64,000 nucleotides of DNA. Origin: Laetmonice hystrix (taxonomy: Eukaryota). The notes beneath the pieces are model-generated. The model did no database searches. It saw only the letters and a list, made by a program, of their open reading frames with translations, and had not been told where the DNA came from. Below, piece by piece: positions 1 to 13,913 of the stretch. The translations under genes and the position numbers were made by a program. The stretch lies in the NCBI GenBank assembly GCA_965235115.1, contig OZ249450.1, positions 21,080,001 to 21,144,000 of the forward strand. Reading direction: 5' to 3'. The first letter of the stretch is position 1. Each line of letters begins with the position of its first letter.

Positions 1-139
1 CTGAGATATTACTGGTAATCTCTATCATTCTACAGACAGGGGACAGAGTTCTGTCTGAGATATTACTGGTAATCTCTATCATTCTATAGACAGGGGACAC
101 CCGGGACAGGGTTCTCTTTGAGATATTACTGGTAATCTT
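1..139. repeat. 54-bp tandem repeat (at least 2.3 copies, truncated by the window edge)
   Basis: Unit CTGAGATATTACTGGTAATCTCTATCATTCTACAGACAGGGGACAGAGTTCTGT. Confidence 0.85.
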
Positions 140-592
140 GGTAATGGCACGCTGAATACAGGAAACAACGAAACAAGTGAGGACCACAGACAGCAGTATC
201 AGTATTCATAATATTTAAACACTCTCAGTAACACACTTGAATAAAGCCCCGGAAAGCGAGGAACATTTGTATGTGAAAAAATGTTCAGTAATATTTGACA
301 TTATTTGTATTGCCAAACATTCTCTGGAACTAATGTTAGGTGTTTTGTGGGACAATACACAGATTTTTGTTTGTGGGGAATAATATTCCCAGACAAATGT
401 TCATCATGTATACTAGGCTTTAGAAGGATTTCAATAAAAGTCAGTCACACAGTCAACAATTCTAAGAAACCAGAACCACCGTTTGCATTCTGAGTTACTA
501 GGTTGGTAAACAGTGCTCATAAATACATAATGCTAACACAGACGCACTATTCAAAGCAATTTTAGTTAGGGTCTGGCAATTCACAAGTGTTG

Positions 593-771
593 TTATGACC
601 ACGGTAAGGGGCAAAGGGAGGAGAGTCCATGCCTAAAACTCAAGCGGTCACCAAACGACCCAACAGCTGGCTCCAAAACCTCTGTGTCTGATCCCGAACT
701 CAACAGTTCAGGGTCAGAGCCTTCAGTTCGAGACTTCCTCGAATGTCGCCTTCTCCTACGACGCTTTTTCT
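593..771 (-). CDS. Candidate exon of the unidentified - strand gene (EKKRRRRRRHSRKSRTEGSDPELLSSGSDTEVLEP...CPLPWS*)
   Basis: TTATTTTGCAG acceptor, phase 1, open to TAA. A basic NLS-like cluster followed by a Ser/acidic stretch is typical of nuclear proteins. Confidence 0.45.
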
Positions 772-1408
772 CTGCAAAATAATTGATGTTGTCAATATCT
801 TTATCCAGTTCATCATGGGTTTGGGGGGGGGGGAATAGCAATGGGGCAGAGTTCTAGATTTGCGTTAAATGAGATGTTGTGCTAAGTTTGTTTAGGAACC
901 AGAGGGACAGATCACCTGCCGTTAAAATATGGAGCACGGTTTGCAAACCCATGCAGTCTTTTTAGGAATACACATCATTGATAAAGACATGTTACTACAA
1001 TGTCTACAATATTTTTATCATTAGTTCCACAAGCCAGTGGTCACAAAGGAAGGTAACTGTATACAACCTGCAGCTTTAATAATAATACTAACTGACCCTT
1101 ATTGCCTCATGTATACACGTGTACATATTCAAGGAAACTAAAATGGCCTGAGGATCCTAACTGCTTCTCTGTTACATCTATAATATTTCCTCTTTTACTG
1201 GGGAGGTTAATTACACTACGATATCAGTATAAGTGAAAACTTGACTAATAACAATCTACCAGTATTGATTCCTTAAAATATAAGCTACAAATATCTCCAG
1301 TTAGGTAGAGCCCATCAAGGACCTGTGTAGGGGCCATGAGCCAAACATGTCCCCCCCCCCCCCATTGGCCCAGTGCCATCAGTAGGCACACAACATCTGT
1401 GTAGATTA

Positions 1409-1445
1409 GGCCGACCTTAAAAAATTGTTTGCCATATGACTTTTT
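1409..1445. mobile_element. Second terminus of the same MITE family (partial copy)
   Basis: GGCCGACCTTAAAAAATTGTTTG is the exact reverse complement of the right TIR at 7607-7629, preceded by TTA and followed by the shared CCATATGACT; the other end was not identified. Confidence 0.55.
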
Positions 1446-2296
1446 CAGAGACGATTTCACACACTCAGGGACACATAGATGGTTGCCATTTCTTACGGGA
1501 TTTCTTCCAGGATGAAACTGATGGCCTGCCATGAGCCTTTCACCGCAGCCTTTGCATGGACACTTTGGAAGCAAATAACATACATGTGTCCTATTGATTA
1601 TAGATGCATCCCATCGGAGGTGTCTGGACTATGAGGGATACTGATACAAATATCTGAAAGGGGCCACCCTGCAGTTCAATGTCGTCTTTGCAATGGCCCC
1701 ACGAGAAAGTTTAAGCTCTCTTGACAAAAATTCGATCTGCACCTTCAGAAAATGAGAAAGATCTATTAGGACGAGGCGAATCAACCTACTCCTGCCGATG
1801 CTACCTTGAAAGTGATTAAATAACAATCAGGCCCAACCGTCGTTGCTATTGCTATGTTAAAAAAAAACAGAAAATGAGAAAGAAACTCTACAGTTTGTAA
1901 CCTATAAAGAGCTCCTTGCCAGGTACTGGTGTGTGATCTGGCTGGACTTGGCCAGTACAGACAGCTGACTTGTCAAGTTTCCAAGTGATCACAAGTGATG
2001 GTCATTCCATGTGGACACGATCTGTCACATGTTGGGAGTGTCCCCTGCTCTCGCCTGTCACCAAGGTGAACTCATACTGTAATTATACGATATTAATGGC
2101 GACTTTTTTATGTCTCAATAAAAAGGGACCTTTGGCATACTCATGGGGTCTGTTCCCACACAAAGTCAAGATGCCAGCTGACCTTAGACTCATTTGTATC
2201 AAGGATTCGTGACCAAGATTTGTTATGATCGATACACTACTTTCCGTTCTGTATCTTAATAATAAACAGATTATAAAAAAGTTTTAAAAAATGTAC

Positions 2297-2325
2297 CTTT
2301 GTGAGCTGACAACGTTGGGCTTGTG
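2297..2325 (-). CDS. Candidate 29-nt micro-exon of the unidentified - strand gene (AQAQRCQLTK)
   Basis: On the - strand: TTTTCTTTTTACTAG acceptor and AAG|GTACAT donor; open in phase 1, matching the exon at 5126-5174. Confidence 0.3.
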
Positions 2326-2756
2326 CTAGTAAAAAGAAAAAATAACTTTTTTTCCAAAAAGAAAAACAGAAATGGGGCAAAATATTGACGTTCATTATAA
2401 CAAAAGTTACGTGCAGTCCATTACAGATTTTATATATGTCAGTCTAGAGAGAAAAAGTTCAGGTGTAATCACATTTAAAACTCCATTTTCCTTAAAATAC
2501 TTTTAAAAGTATTTTTAAAATATTTTAAAAATACTTTTCCATGACTTTTTCACTTTTTGCCATTGTCTACTCATAAGACACTGGGAACTCTACAATACTA
2601 ATAATGACAATATGGCACATACATGTATATAAACTTCTAACCAAGACCATGTACAACATCCACGTCTATTTCATTATTATTATAGTTAGTGATGATTGAC
2701 ATTAATGTATTCAGGCCTAAAGCCAGGCACTACTCTAGTCCACGGGGGGGACCCAC

Positions 2757-3559
2757 TGTTCTACAGTTCCCACCTACAGCTCTCACTGACACAGCCCAAG
2801 GTGTGTTCTACAGTCCCCACCCACAGCTCTCACTGACCCAGCCCAAGGTGTGTTCTACAGTTCCCACCCACAGCTCTCACTGACCCAGCCCAAGGTGTGT
2901 TCTACAGTCCCCACCCACAGCTCTCACTGACCCGGCCCAAGGTGCGTTATACAGTCCCCACCCACAGCTTTCACTGACCCAGCCCAAGGTGTGTTCTACA
3001 GTCCCCACCCACAGCTCTTACTGACCCAGCCCAAGGTGTGTTCTACAGTTCACACCCACAGCTCCCACTGACCCAGCCCAAGGTGTGTTCTACAGAACTT
3101 CCCACCCACAGCTCCCACTGACCCAGCCCAAGGTGTGTTCTACAGTTCCCACCCACAGCTCCCACTGACCCAGCCCAAGGTGTGTTCTACAGTTCCCACC
3201 CACAGCTCTCACTGACCCAGCCCAAGGTGTGTTCTACAGTTCCCACCCACAGCTCTCACTGACCCAGCCCAAGGTGTGTTCTACAGTTCCCACCCACAGC
3301 TCTCACTGACCCAGCCCAAGGTGTGTTCTACAGTTCCCACCCACAGCTCTCACTGACCCAGCCCAAGGTGTGTTCTACAGTTCCCACCCACAGCTCCCAC
3401 TGACCCAGCCCAAGGTGTGTTCTACAGTCCCCACCCACAGCTCCCACTGACCCAGCCCAAGGTGTGTTCTACAGTTCCCACCCACAGCTCTCACTGACCC
3501 AGCCCAAGGTGCGTTCTACAGTTCCCGCCCACAGCTCTCACTGACCCAGCCCAAGGTGT
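2757..3559. repeat. 47-bp minisatellite, about 17 copies
   Basis: Unit CCCAGCCCAAGGTGTGTTCTACAGTTCCCACCCACAGCTCTCACTGA. Confidence 0.97.
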
Positions 3560-5125
3560 TTACTTTCTTGGCACTGCCCGAACATAATTAGCTCTTGATA
3601 TACCCAAGCTAGTACATCCTCCTGGAAGCGATCCAGTTCCATGGCCTATACCAGCTTTATTAAAAAACATTTCAGTACACTTCACTGCTGACACTTTTTA
3701 TAACTACATATGTAGTATGGAACAACATACATGTACTTTGTACAAATAAACATCCTGGACCACAGGTGGGCGTTGCTTGGGTGGACCCAATGTTGTTTTC
3801 TTTGTTGGGAAGGGGACAGCAGTACCTGTATTGATGGATATATATTCAATAAGTAATTCCGTCCCTCTCTAATTTAAGACTGTGGCCAGAGTGTAGGCCA
3901 ACCATCCATTATTATATGGCTCATTGTGTCATAGTAAAAACTTATGACTTCTGTAAAAACTTATCTCCAACGGGTGAGGGGCCATTTTATATTTATAAAC
4001 AAAATGGGACGGATGGTACTGGCTCGGTCAAACAGTCCAATAAGCTTATTCAAACACCCCCTGGATGTCTTTTATTCTCACATGTTTTCCCATTATACTG
4101 TCTCATATAGGTTTAGGATATTTTTTTAGGCCCTTACCCTCAATTTTGCTCATCTATTTTCTTAAGATTCACTAATATTATAAACTGTAAAGCAAAAGGT
4201 CAACTGATCCGGGTCAATTCCCACCTCGAACTCTAGTGAACCCATTCCTTGGCTGCTCAGGCATGGAGAACTCTTACCCTTAAAATAACTCACACTTCTG
4301 GTACCGGCTTTGAGACCAAGACCACACTAGATCCCAGGCTAGACTGATTGGCTAGGAGTATTGATAATACTTATCATCCGATTATCACAATGATTACTAA
4401 TTATGATCTAGTATAGATAAAACATTACTATTTGTAATGACCCTCAAACTCCAAAATATCAAACAAACCAACATGAATTCTCATTTGGGGAGGGTCCTTG
4501 CTGAAACAATAATGTATTCAAAGCTGCATCATGACCTACCGTGACAATAAATGAACATAAACTCTTTCAATATAAATACTGTCATGACCTTGGAAAAGAG
4601 CTCAACATTTGCACCGCGTCCCTGCATGATAATTCCCTTACTTAGTGGGTACCTACCTTGGCATGGGGGCATAGTGAGGGAAACATTTTAGTGGCGATAT
4701 TCCTGGCCTAACCATTACCAATGTGAACTATAAAAAATAACTGCTTTACAACAAAAGCTGAATTATATCAGGAGACGGGGAGATGATTCCAGCCCAACTT
4801 GCTGACTTACTTACACATTCAGTCATTGACATTAATTGGATTACTGCACTGAGTTGTGGCATCTTCACAAGTTACTAACTTGGTAAGTTAGTTAGTCTTA
4901 GTGAATATAGTGTTTATTTGGCTTGCATATGAGAATGAGTACGTACCGTACTGTTTGAGACAAAGTTTCTCATTTAAGTTTGTGAAAAGAGATGAAAAGA
5001 AACAATTCTTTCCCAGGTTTGAGGTAAAAATAAAACAACATTGACTGAATCCACACTATCACATAGAAAACACTGTCACTGTCACAGACACAGCCAGGGC
5101 AGTGGCAGTGAGTTCCTGTACGTAC

Positions 5126-5174
5126 CTGGTTTCGGGCCAGTTTCGGTCCCCGTGTGTCGTTTCCGTGTCCCCAT
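5126..5174 (-). CDS. Putative first coding exon of an unidentified gene divergent from NKAIN (MGTRKRHTGTETGPKP + 1 nt)
   Basis: ATG in a CpG-rich region, followed by a CAG|GTACGT donor; head-to-head with NKAIN; no family recognised. Confidence 0.45.
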
Positions 5175-5927
5175 GATCGGCGTCCTGACTTCTAAAGCAC
5201 AGGTTCACTTTTTGATCCTCACATATGACAGCAACGCTGGCACCAATTAGATGTGGCCGCGTCCAATTGGCCTTGCAGGTTCAAAACAACTCAAACGTGA
5301 CACACGTCGTGGTAGCCCCAGAATAAACTAGGTCATGGTGGCCGGGTCTGGTGTGAGCGCACCTGCGCGACGACCTAGAAACTTACAAACGTACAGGCCC
5401 GACGACAATGCGACAGAACGGTATAATTGATCAAACGAATATTGTAACCAACGCAGGGGAGTTTTTATTTTATTTGAACATTAGGAATTTCTTCTGGTAC
5501 GATGACCTTGGTGCCCGAATGAATCATCCACCAATTACTATTTCCAATTTCTGTGTGTCGGGGAAGGAACCAGGCCATTTCCGCGGATCTATACCTTGAT
5601 GACCTAAAAGGCTACAGAGATTATTACGCATTGACGAAACAGTCTTTGCGATCTTCTCCAGCAAATAAGAAGATCTTGGGTTTCTGACGATATCTTTTTC
5701 TCTGTATTAACTATGCTATATTATCTTTCCTCATATTTGTGACAAATTACGAGGAAGGATTGAATTATATTGCCGAACTATATGCTTCAATATACATGCG
5801 GAATAATCGGCATTAAGGTGTTGTACGGTCCTGAAACGGATGAAAACTGAGAAGGGGTGCTATTGTTCGGGGGATACAGACTATTCCTCCTCTCAATGAC
5901 TGTAAGACGCGAGTACCAAGATCCATC
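5175..5927. promoter_or_regulatory. CpG-rich probable bidirectional promoter and 5' UTR region
   Basis: High CpG density relative to the flanks; lies between two divergent start codons about 750 bp apart. Confidence 0.55.
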
Positions 5928-5981
5928 ATGAGTTGCTGTACGGGACGGTGTTTTCTGATTACGATCTGCCTTCTACAGATG
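5928..5981 (+). CDS. NKAIN: NKAIN family protein, coding exon 1 (MSCCTGRCFLITICLLQM)
   Basis: ATG at 5928; 54-nt exon ending at a GTAAGT donor. The peptide matches the NKAIN N-terminus (MGxCSGRCTLIFxCxxQL), and the exon length matches vertebrate NKAIN exon 1 as I recall it. Confidence 0.93.
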
Positions 5982-6574
5982 GTAAGTGTGTCTGTATTTC
6001 CTGTTTGAGACCATTTGTTTTCGACATGTCTGTGAAGTGTCCGGGACCCTCCGGATGACTGGCTGAGTGTACGGTATGATGTGTGACTGTTGCCCGTGAC
6101 AGTTTCAGTGTGGTTTCACCGTATTTTAACCCTACGTTGTCTTAGCACTAAGCAGGCGTCTACGGTAGTTGGCAACAGGATTACAATGAGTGTATGTCGT
6201 AAGACATGTATGTAAGGTTTTGGTACAGTAAATGTGGCAATGGAATGGGGACTGGACTGGAGCAGTGGAGGTTCAACATTCACTTGAGTAGCCATTCATC
6301 TGAGCCCGGCCCTGGTGGCAGCGCCTCTCCCCCCCCCCCCCCCCCCTAACCACCACCACCACCCCCACCCCCAATGCAATCAAACTCAGCCCCATCCATG
6401 TAAGATATTACCGAAGACCACTCATATAGTGTAACGTTAGTCTTATACTTATGCTATGGCCCTTGCCCTTATTTCCGCTTAGCCTAACTTCCTAAGTATT
6501 CCAATCGGCTGACATTCTCAACGTGTTCTTCTTGGACTTCGTACTGTACAGGGGCCGGTTTTTTGGTTTAAGTG

Positions 6575-6897
6575 GGGGTTTAAGTGGAATACCTTTGGTA
6601 AGATAGACCAGGGCCTGGTTTTTTTGTTTACTTTTCCACCGTGAGCAAGGGTGAGCTGAGCAAGGGTGAGCAAAAAGCTCATGCTCACCGTTTTGTTCAC
6701 TGTTTTCATTTTTTGGGGTGTTTTTCCGTGAGCTTGCTCATCATGAGCACACCTCATGGAGAAAAGCAACCAAAAAAAAGACGAAAACGGTGAGAATGAG
6801 CTGATGCTCAGCTCAGCTCACCCTTGCTCACGGTGGAAAAGTAAACAAAAAAACCAGGCCCTGGTCTATCTTACCAAAGGTATTCCACTTAAACCCC
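6575..6897. mobile_element. Foldback/MITE-like element with perfect 87-bp inverted arms
   Basis: 6575-6661 is the exact reverse complement of 6811-6897; imperfect pairing continues about 35 bp further inward. Confidence 0.75.
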
Positions 6898-7375
6898 TAA
6901 AAGAAGACCAAACAAAGTTAGATTTCTGTTTCAAAAATGCCTGAAATCTTAAGGCAGTTCAAAGGTGGAATTTCATGTGGACACAACTCCTATGTATTAT
7001 ATATTAAAATGATAGCCTGATTGTTTTGAGTTATAGCCATCACCACTAGTTTGAGAAAATGGAAATACATGTGTATATGTATTGTTAGCAAAACCAGCAG
7101 TGTTTGAAATACATTTGAACTCATTCTTACTGAATTAAATCCAAGATTTTGTATTTGCTAAGACTAGTAGAGTAAGGAGCATACATCCACTATCAGAGGA
7201 TACTGATGCCAATATATGTATGTGATAGCTGTGATTGAGTGTTTGTTCTTTTTTTCAGGTTTACTCTTTTAAATGTAGATTATTTACATCATATTGAGGA
7301 AGTTTTTGGGATGTCCCTCATGTAAGCATTTTAGGGTCAAGTCTGGGAAGAAATTACCTAGAATTTGGAACCTCA

Positions 7376-7629
7376 GGCCAGCCTTAAAAGATTGTTTTTT
7401 CAAAGAATTTTCTTGAAAAAAATCTGATAAGGCCGGCAGGCAGATTCTGTTTGAGGGGGGGGGGGGGGGGGTTCATCCTGCTGGAAGTGATCATGCATGA
7501 AAAATTGTAACATTTGGTGGCCATCTAGGCATCCTCTCCTGTCTGATGAAAGGCATTCAAAAATATTTTCCAACTGCAAGGATTTGAGTCATATGGCCAG
7601 ATTCTTCAAACAATTTTTTAAGGTCGGCC
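7376..7629. mobile_element. PIF/Harbinger-like MITE
   Basis: TIRs GGCCAGCCTTAAAAGATTGTTT / AAACAATTTTTTAAGGTCGGCC flanked by a TCA direct repeat (7373-7375 and 7630-7632); no coding capacity. Confidence 0.65.
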
Positions 7630-10245
7630 TCAGGTTGTGCTAAAGATGTAGCAGGAAACTGTTGCAGTCAAAGCTGTAGCAGCTGAGCAGGCAAAGTTGC
7701 AACTTATCATGCATTGCCTCTGTTCCCAAATCTATTTATAAATAAATGGGAATGTAAGACAATGGAAGGTCGTTTTGATATTAAGTCACCCAGACCCCGA
7801 AGTCTGGCTTAATTCACGATATAACTCAAGTTTATATGATTTTCAAAAGCGGAGTTTGATGGTAAGATTAAAACTAAAAATATAAGTTATACATGGGGTA
7901 TACCGTATTTGTATTATGTAAGTTGCTAAGATTGCATATCATTTCCACTGCAGAAGAAGTGTGATTGACATTAGAAGATAAAAGTTTCTAATGAAAACAT
8001 TTGGCGTAAACACCAACCTTGATTATTAGGATGACAAGGGCTGGCCTTGCAACCGACAGAATGTTTCTTTGAAAACATTGTATTATTTGGAAGAAAATGT
8101 CAAGCTTTGGTAAATCAGGCCAGTCTTATCATGAAGTGCACTTGGAACCTTTTAATAGAACGAGAAGGGAACAGCTCTAGACATCAGTGTGAGAGACTGA
8201 TGGGCAGACTGCATTGTATAGTGCCGGTATACATGTAGATCCTGGCCTACATAATATACATGTGCAGCAGGACTTGGTGGGGCTGTGTTGTTGTATGGCT
8301 GTGGTCGGAGAGAAAGTCCACAGTGGGGGTGGAGGAGGTGGGAGTGGGGGGAGGTGAGGGGTGCCATCCCTTATTACCCCAGATCCTCAGTGTCATCTAG
8401 GGTACATTCACTCAGACAGATTGTATGTGAGTGACTGGCACTGTTTGACTCACCCCTACTGTTCCTGAAAGCCAGTAGGTGCTGACGCCTGCCCGACTAT
8501 TGTCCATGTTACCATGTGAGTGGTGACCGTGTCCTGGTCATTAAACCGGTGATAAAACTCTGCCAACTCTGACACAAGACGACAGTAGGAGGGAGTGCTA
8601 CCTCACCCACTGTCCACACATGATGATGCCAATGTGTCTTGTCATCTGAGTCGGACAAATTCCTCACCTCCGCCACTGAGGATGGGATGAAGAGAAACAT
8701 GTAGAGTACATAAGAAATTGTTTGCATACGCTTGCACTCACCTAGTCCTAGGGCCCTAGGAATTACTGGCCAGCCATTTTCTCTTCAGCAGTATTTCAAG
8801 TCAGAATTCCCAGAAAACTTTACAACAAATTATTATGTTTATAAATTTAATCAAAGAAAAACCTATGCCCCTGACTGGTAGTGTCGCTTTTTCATAAAGT
8901 TGGTAAAACTACCAAGTACAATAACTAAAACTTTGTGAAGCGTGATGCCATCAAGCAAAAAGACTTCCCCTCAAACGCGATTTGATATTTTGAGGCAAAG
9001 TTCAGACTCCATGCAGTCGACCTGACCCCAGCATCAGACTTGTATGGAGTTAGAGCAGATTGACCTTGAGGGGTGTTATGGATTTGAAGTATAACCACCA
9101 CCCCACCGTTATACATGTGGTGGCACCGGTTTTCATGTTGCCACGTTGACTTGTACAGTATAATTACTGTATACCCGTACTAGGACTGCATGCAATGTTG
9201 CTGTTTTATCATACTAAGTACGGAGAACGGCCTTATCATGGAAATTATGTGGATTACACATTTTATTTGTCCTCCACCTTTGAATTACTAAGTTGGAACT
9301 TGGATTACTATAAATAGACCAGCCAAGATCATTAAATTGTTGACTGGTAGTTAAATGCCAAAGTTTAGGAAACCACTGACAAGACACTGTTATATGCATT
9401 GCAAGGAAAAACTTAATGCAGCTTCCTTGACTTTGTTCTTGGTCATTTCCAGGGCTGTATCACCAAGGCATTATATTATGTCTTTTACATCACATTTTAG
9501 ATGCAGAGGTTATGAATTACCGGTAGTTATATAACTGCTAAGCACTCTCACATATAAATTGATAGATTTTTTGAATGGCACAGAAAACTTCCCAGATACG
9601 TTACCTTCTGACTCGTGTCATCAGTCAAATTACTGGCCATTGGAGGCAGACGCCTAAGAAAAGTATTTGAAATTAAAATGACAGTCAATAATTGTTAAAA
9701 CTGCTGCTGGCAGATTTAGAAATTAAAGGTCCGGATAAGCGGCATGCCATGACAACAGAGGTTACTGTTTGTTGGTCATCCATGACACCTGGCGGCCTTC
9801 AACCATTGACTCCATCCTGTTCATCTTACCTGTGTACAGGTATATACGGGCGGGGCTGTGTCATGGGAAGGTACCAGCTTGTACTGTACCGTTCCTTCAG
9901 GTGCTGTTAAAGCTGGAGAGGTCAATATAAGTGGCTGCTGCCTTCTTGCCAGTGGCTGAAGACTGTTATAAATCTCTATATAACAGATAGCTTTTATGCT
10001 CAATAGCATTTGAGTTAGTAGGTGGCATTTCAATTGCGTATTTTTTTATGCATAAGATTTCCATGATTTCTTTCGGCCATGTAAAATTTCCTTGTGTTCT
10101 AAATAGAGGCTTTGCAGTAATTACACCCGACCTTGAAATAGAATTGATAGCCCATTCTTTCACGTTAACAGTGGCGTGCCCATACAACTTATAAGTTTTA
10201 ACAACAGGAGGCAGTCCATCCTCAGCATCATGCACCTTTGCACCA

Positions 10246-10482
10246 GGAAGAATTAACTGAGGTAGCTTTATCACATAGTAGCCGTGAGAGACCAGGTTAG
10301 TTTCTATATCCAGAGTTAGTTTAGTAAGGAAGAATTAACTGAGGTAGCTATATCACATAGTACCCGTGAGAGACCAGGTTAGTTTCTATATCCAGAGTTA
10401 GTTTAGTAAGGAAGAATTAACTGAGGTAGCTATATCACATAGTACCCGTGAGAGACCAGGTTAGTTTCTATATCCAGAGTTA
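10246..10482. repeat. 82-bp tandem repeat, about 3 copies
   Basis: Unit starts GGAAGAATTAACTGAGGTAGC at 10246, 10328 and 10410. Confidence 0.95.
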
Positions 10483-10571
10483 GGTTTCAATGCAGGCCAT
10501 TGCAGTCAATGCAGGTGATGGCATCTTGAGGTTTTAATGCAGGTCCTATGGCAGCCTGTAGATCCTGTCTT

Positions 10572-10668
10572 GATGCAGGTCATAGTGAAGGCTGGCAGTG
10601 AATGTACTGGTCACGATGCAGGTCATAGTGAAGGCTGGCCGTGAATGTACTGGTCACGATGCAGGTCA
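10572..10668. repeat. 43-bp tandem duplication
   Basis: GATGCAGGTCATAGTGAAGGCTGGC(A/C)GTGAATGTACTGGTCAC x2. Confidence 0.85.
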
Positions 10669-11545
10669 CGCCGGTGCAGGTCTCTACCAGCACCTGTCTC
10701 CTCAACTCCTGTATGCAGGGTTCTCCAGCTGTGTTTCAGACCCCACATAGCAGCCTGCTGACTCATCCAACCCTTCCAACTGGTCCTTCACCACCACAAC
10801 ACTACTGTTGACCAACACTGTACCCACCACAGGGGATTTCCCCGAGAGGGGCGCTGATCTCATCTCTGCACCAGCTCCCTGAGGTTTGTGTCAGGCTGGG
10901 CCCGAGGGGGTTTCTGATAGAGGGTGGGGGGTTTAACCCCACTGGTTGACAGCCCCATGCCAGTAAGTGGGTGGTTCCCCAGACCTGACCTCCGGGCCCC
11001 TGATATGAGTGGGGCTGGGCTCTGATAGTGAGTACGGGTAAGATGGAGCCCGGGATGACCCTGATTAGATTACGGTGAGAGAACACACGGTATAGCACAG
11101 ATTGAGGACGATTTAACTCTGAAGTCACGGCTAATGACACCACTAGTCCGAGTTTCCTGGGTGGTTTGAAGCCTTAGGTTACAACGGTTGTAAAATAAAT
11201 GACTGATGAATGAGTCAGTCTGCCACTCAAATAGATAGTACTCCAAATGCCTCAGCTCCCACTGGGTAGTTTGTTATTCTTGAAATGCCAAAGTTTTTTT
11301 TTTAAAACATACACTTATTTCTTATGCATCATCAGGTTTTGAAATATGTTCTGATAGAATCAAGAATTTGTTGACATATTCCCTAAACTCTGTTGCATCA
11401 AAAGTTGCAATTAAAGGACAATTTTCTGTCATAGAACATGATGACTCCTTGAACTTGAAGAGGTGAGCCATTCCCAAAGCCTGGGGCGGCCCATCCATAT
11501 CATAGGCTAGAAATATTAGGTGTAATCAGTATCTACGACCCCCAT

Positions 11546-11929
11546 GGCTGTGGTATAGGAGGGCCTTTATGTCCCCCCGGGCTGTGGTGTAGGGGGCCTC
11601 TATCTCCCCACTCCCCGGGCTGTGGTGTAGGGGGCCTCTATCTCCCCCCCCCCCCCCCGGCTGTGGTGTAGGAGGCCTCTATAGATCCCCCCGGGCTGTG
11701 GTGTAGGGGGCCTCTATCTCCCCACTCCCCGGGCTGTGGTGTAGGGGGCCTCTATAGATCCCCCCGAGCTGTGGTGTAGGGGGCCTCTATAGATCCCCCC
11801 CCCCCCGGGCTGTGGTGTAGGGGGCCTCTATCTCCCCCTCCCCGGGCTGTGGTGTAGGGGGCCTCTATCCCCCCCAGCCTGTGGTGTAGGGGGCCTCTAT
11901 CTCCCCCCCCCCCCCCGGGCTGTGGTGTA
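11546..11929. repeat. Variable-length (33-42 bp) GC-rich minisatellite, about 11 copies
   Basis: Core GGGCTGTGGTGTAGGGGGCCTCTAT followed by a variable poly-C tract. Confidence 0.95.
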
Positions 11930-12679
11930 ATAGGGTCGAGACTAGGGCCTCTGACCCCACGGTATTGTGTTGAATACAGTATAGGTGCTGAGGGCCATGG
12001 TATAATAATAGGAGACAGTTGCGTCTGTCCGGTCCAGCTGACTCAGATGTTGTACGGACTGCCTACACAAAAACATGCAGAATCAATGGCCCAGTAACCA
12101 AAGAGAACAGAGCGCGACATTTCACAGGGACCTTGTAGGACAAATATGACAGGCCTGAACAGGACCACACTAGGTGCAAGAGACATCCAGCCCACTCATA
12201 CTGACACAGAAACTCGCTCAATGTCACATGGCCTTTTATTTTGATTCTTGTTTTTAACGTTTCTAATATGTCACGATGTACAGTGACCTGAATCAACAGT
12301 GCAGAACACTCAGGGAAAGGATGAATTTTCAAGAACTTGTAAAAGTAGATTACAGCCTGGAACTGTGCCTGACATCCCAGATTTAGATTAATAAAAATAT
12401 TATTGTTACTTATTTTATGGACACGAGTATAGAAAATGGCACAGCCCATCCCTCGCTTCATTTGGGCAGACCGACCCCTTGGCATAGTAAAACAGGTGGC
12501 ACAGCAAGCAGAGTTTGTGATACATAGTACACATCCCCATGATATTCATAAATCAAGAACGTGGAACCGGAGCCAATGTGTGCGTAGATTGACCCTGGCA
12601 CTAGTAACTAGTATACAGGATGGAGCCCTGAGCTATTTATCAAGATTATCTTGGCTAACCAGCATGTTGGTGATTCTCA

Positions 12680-13532
<853 letters not shown>

Positions 13533-13751
13533 TGATTAATTAGTTTATTTGAAAAAGGATGTATTAAGCATATCCCAGTTGCTAGGAAATGGGAACTTAA
13601 GTTTCCCACAGACTGTAAGCAAGGACAAATGTCTTCTTAGGTCTATAGTGATGACATATAGTTCAGTACAGATTGTAAGATGGGATGTTTTTACAGCTGG
13701 TAAAAACGATTGTAGAATGCTGTAGACGTCCTATAGAAATAAAAACTGTAA

Positions 13752-13913
<162 letters not shown>

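Larger units (their letters stand above)
8900..11150 (-). mobile_element. Decayed CR1-like LINE fragment (esterase-type ORF1 and start of endonuclease)
   Basis: PGAKVHDAEDGLP resembles the CR1 ORF1 SGNH motif PGAxVxDV; downstream CLVSGFLNF resembles the endonuclease GDFN motif; many stops and frameshifts. Confidence 0.35.
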
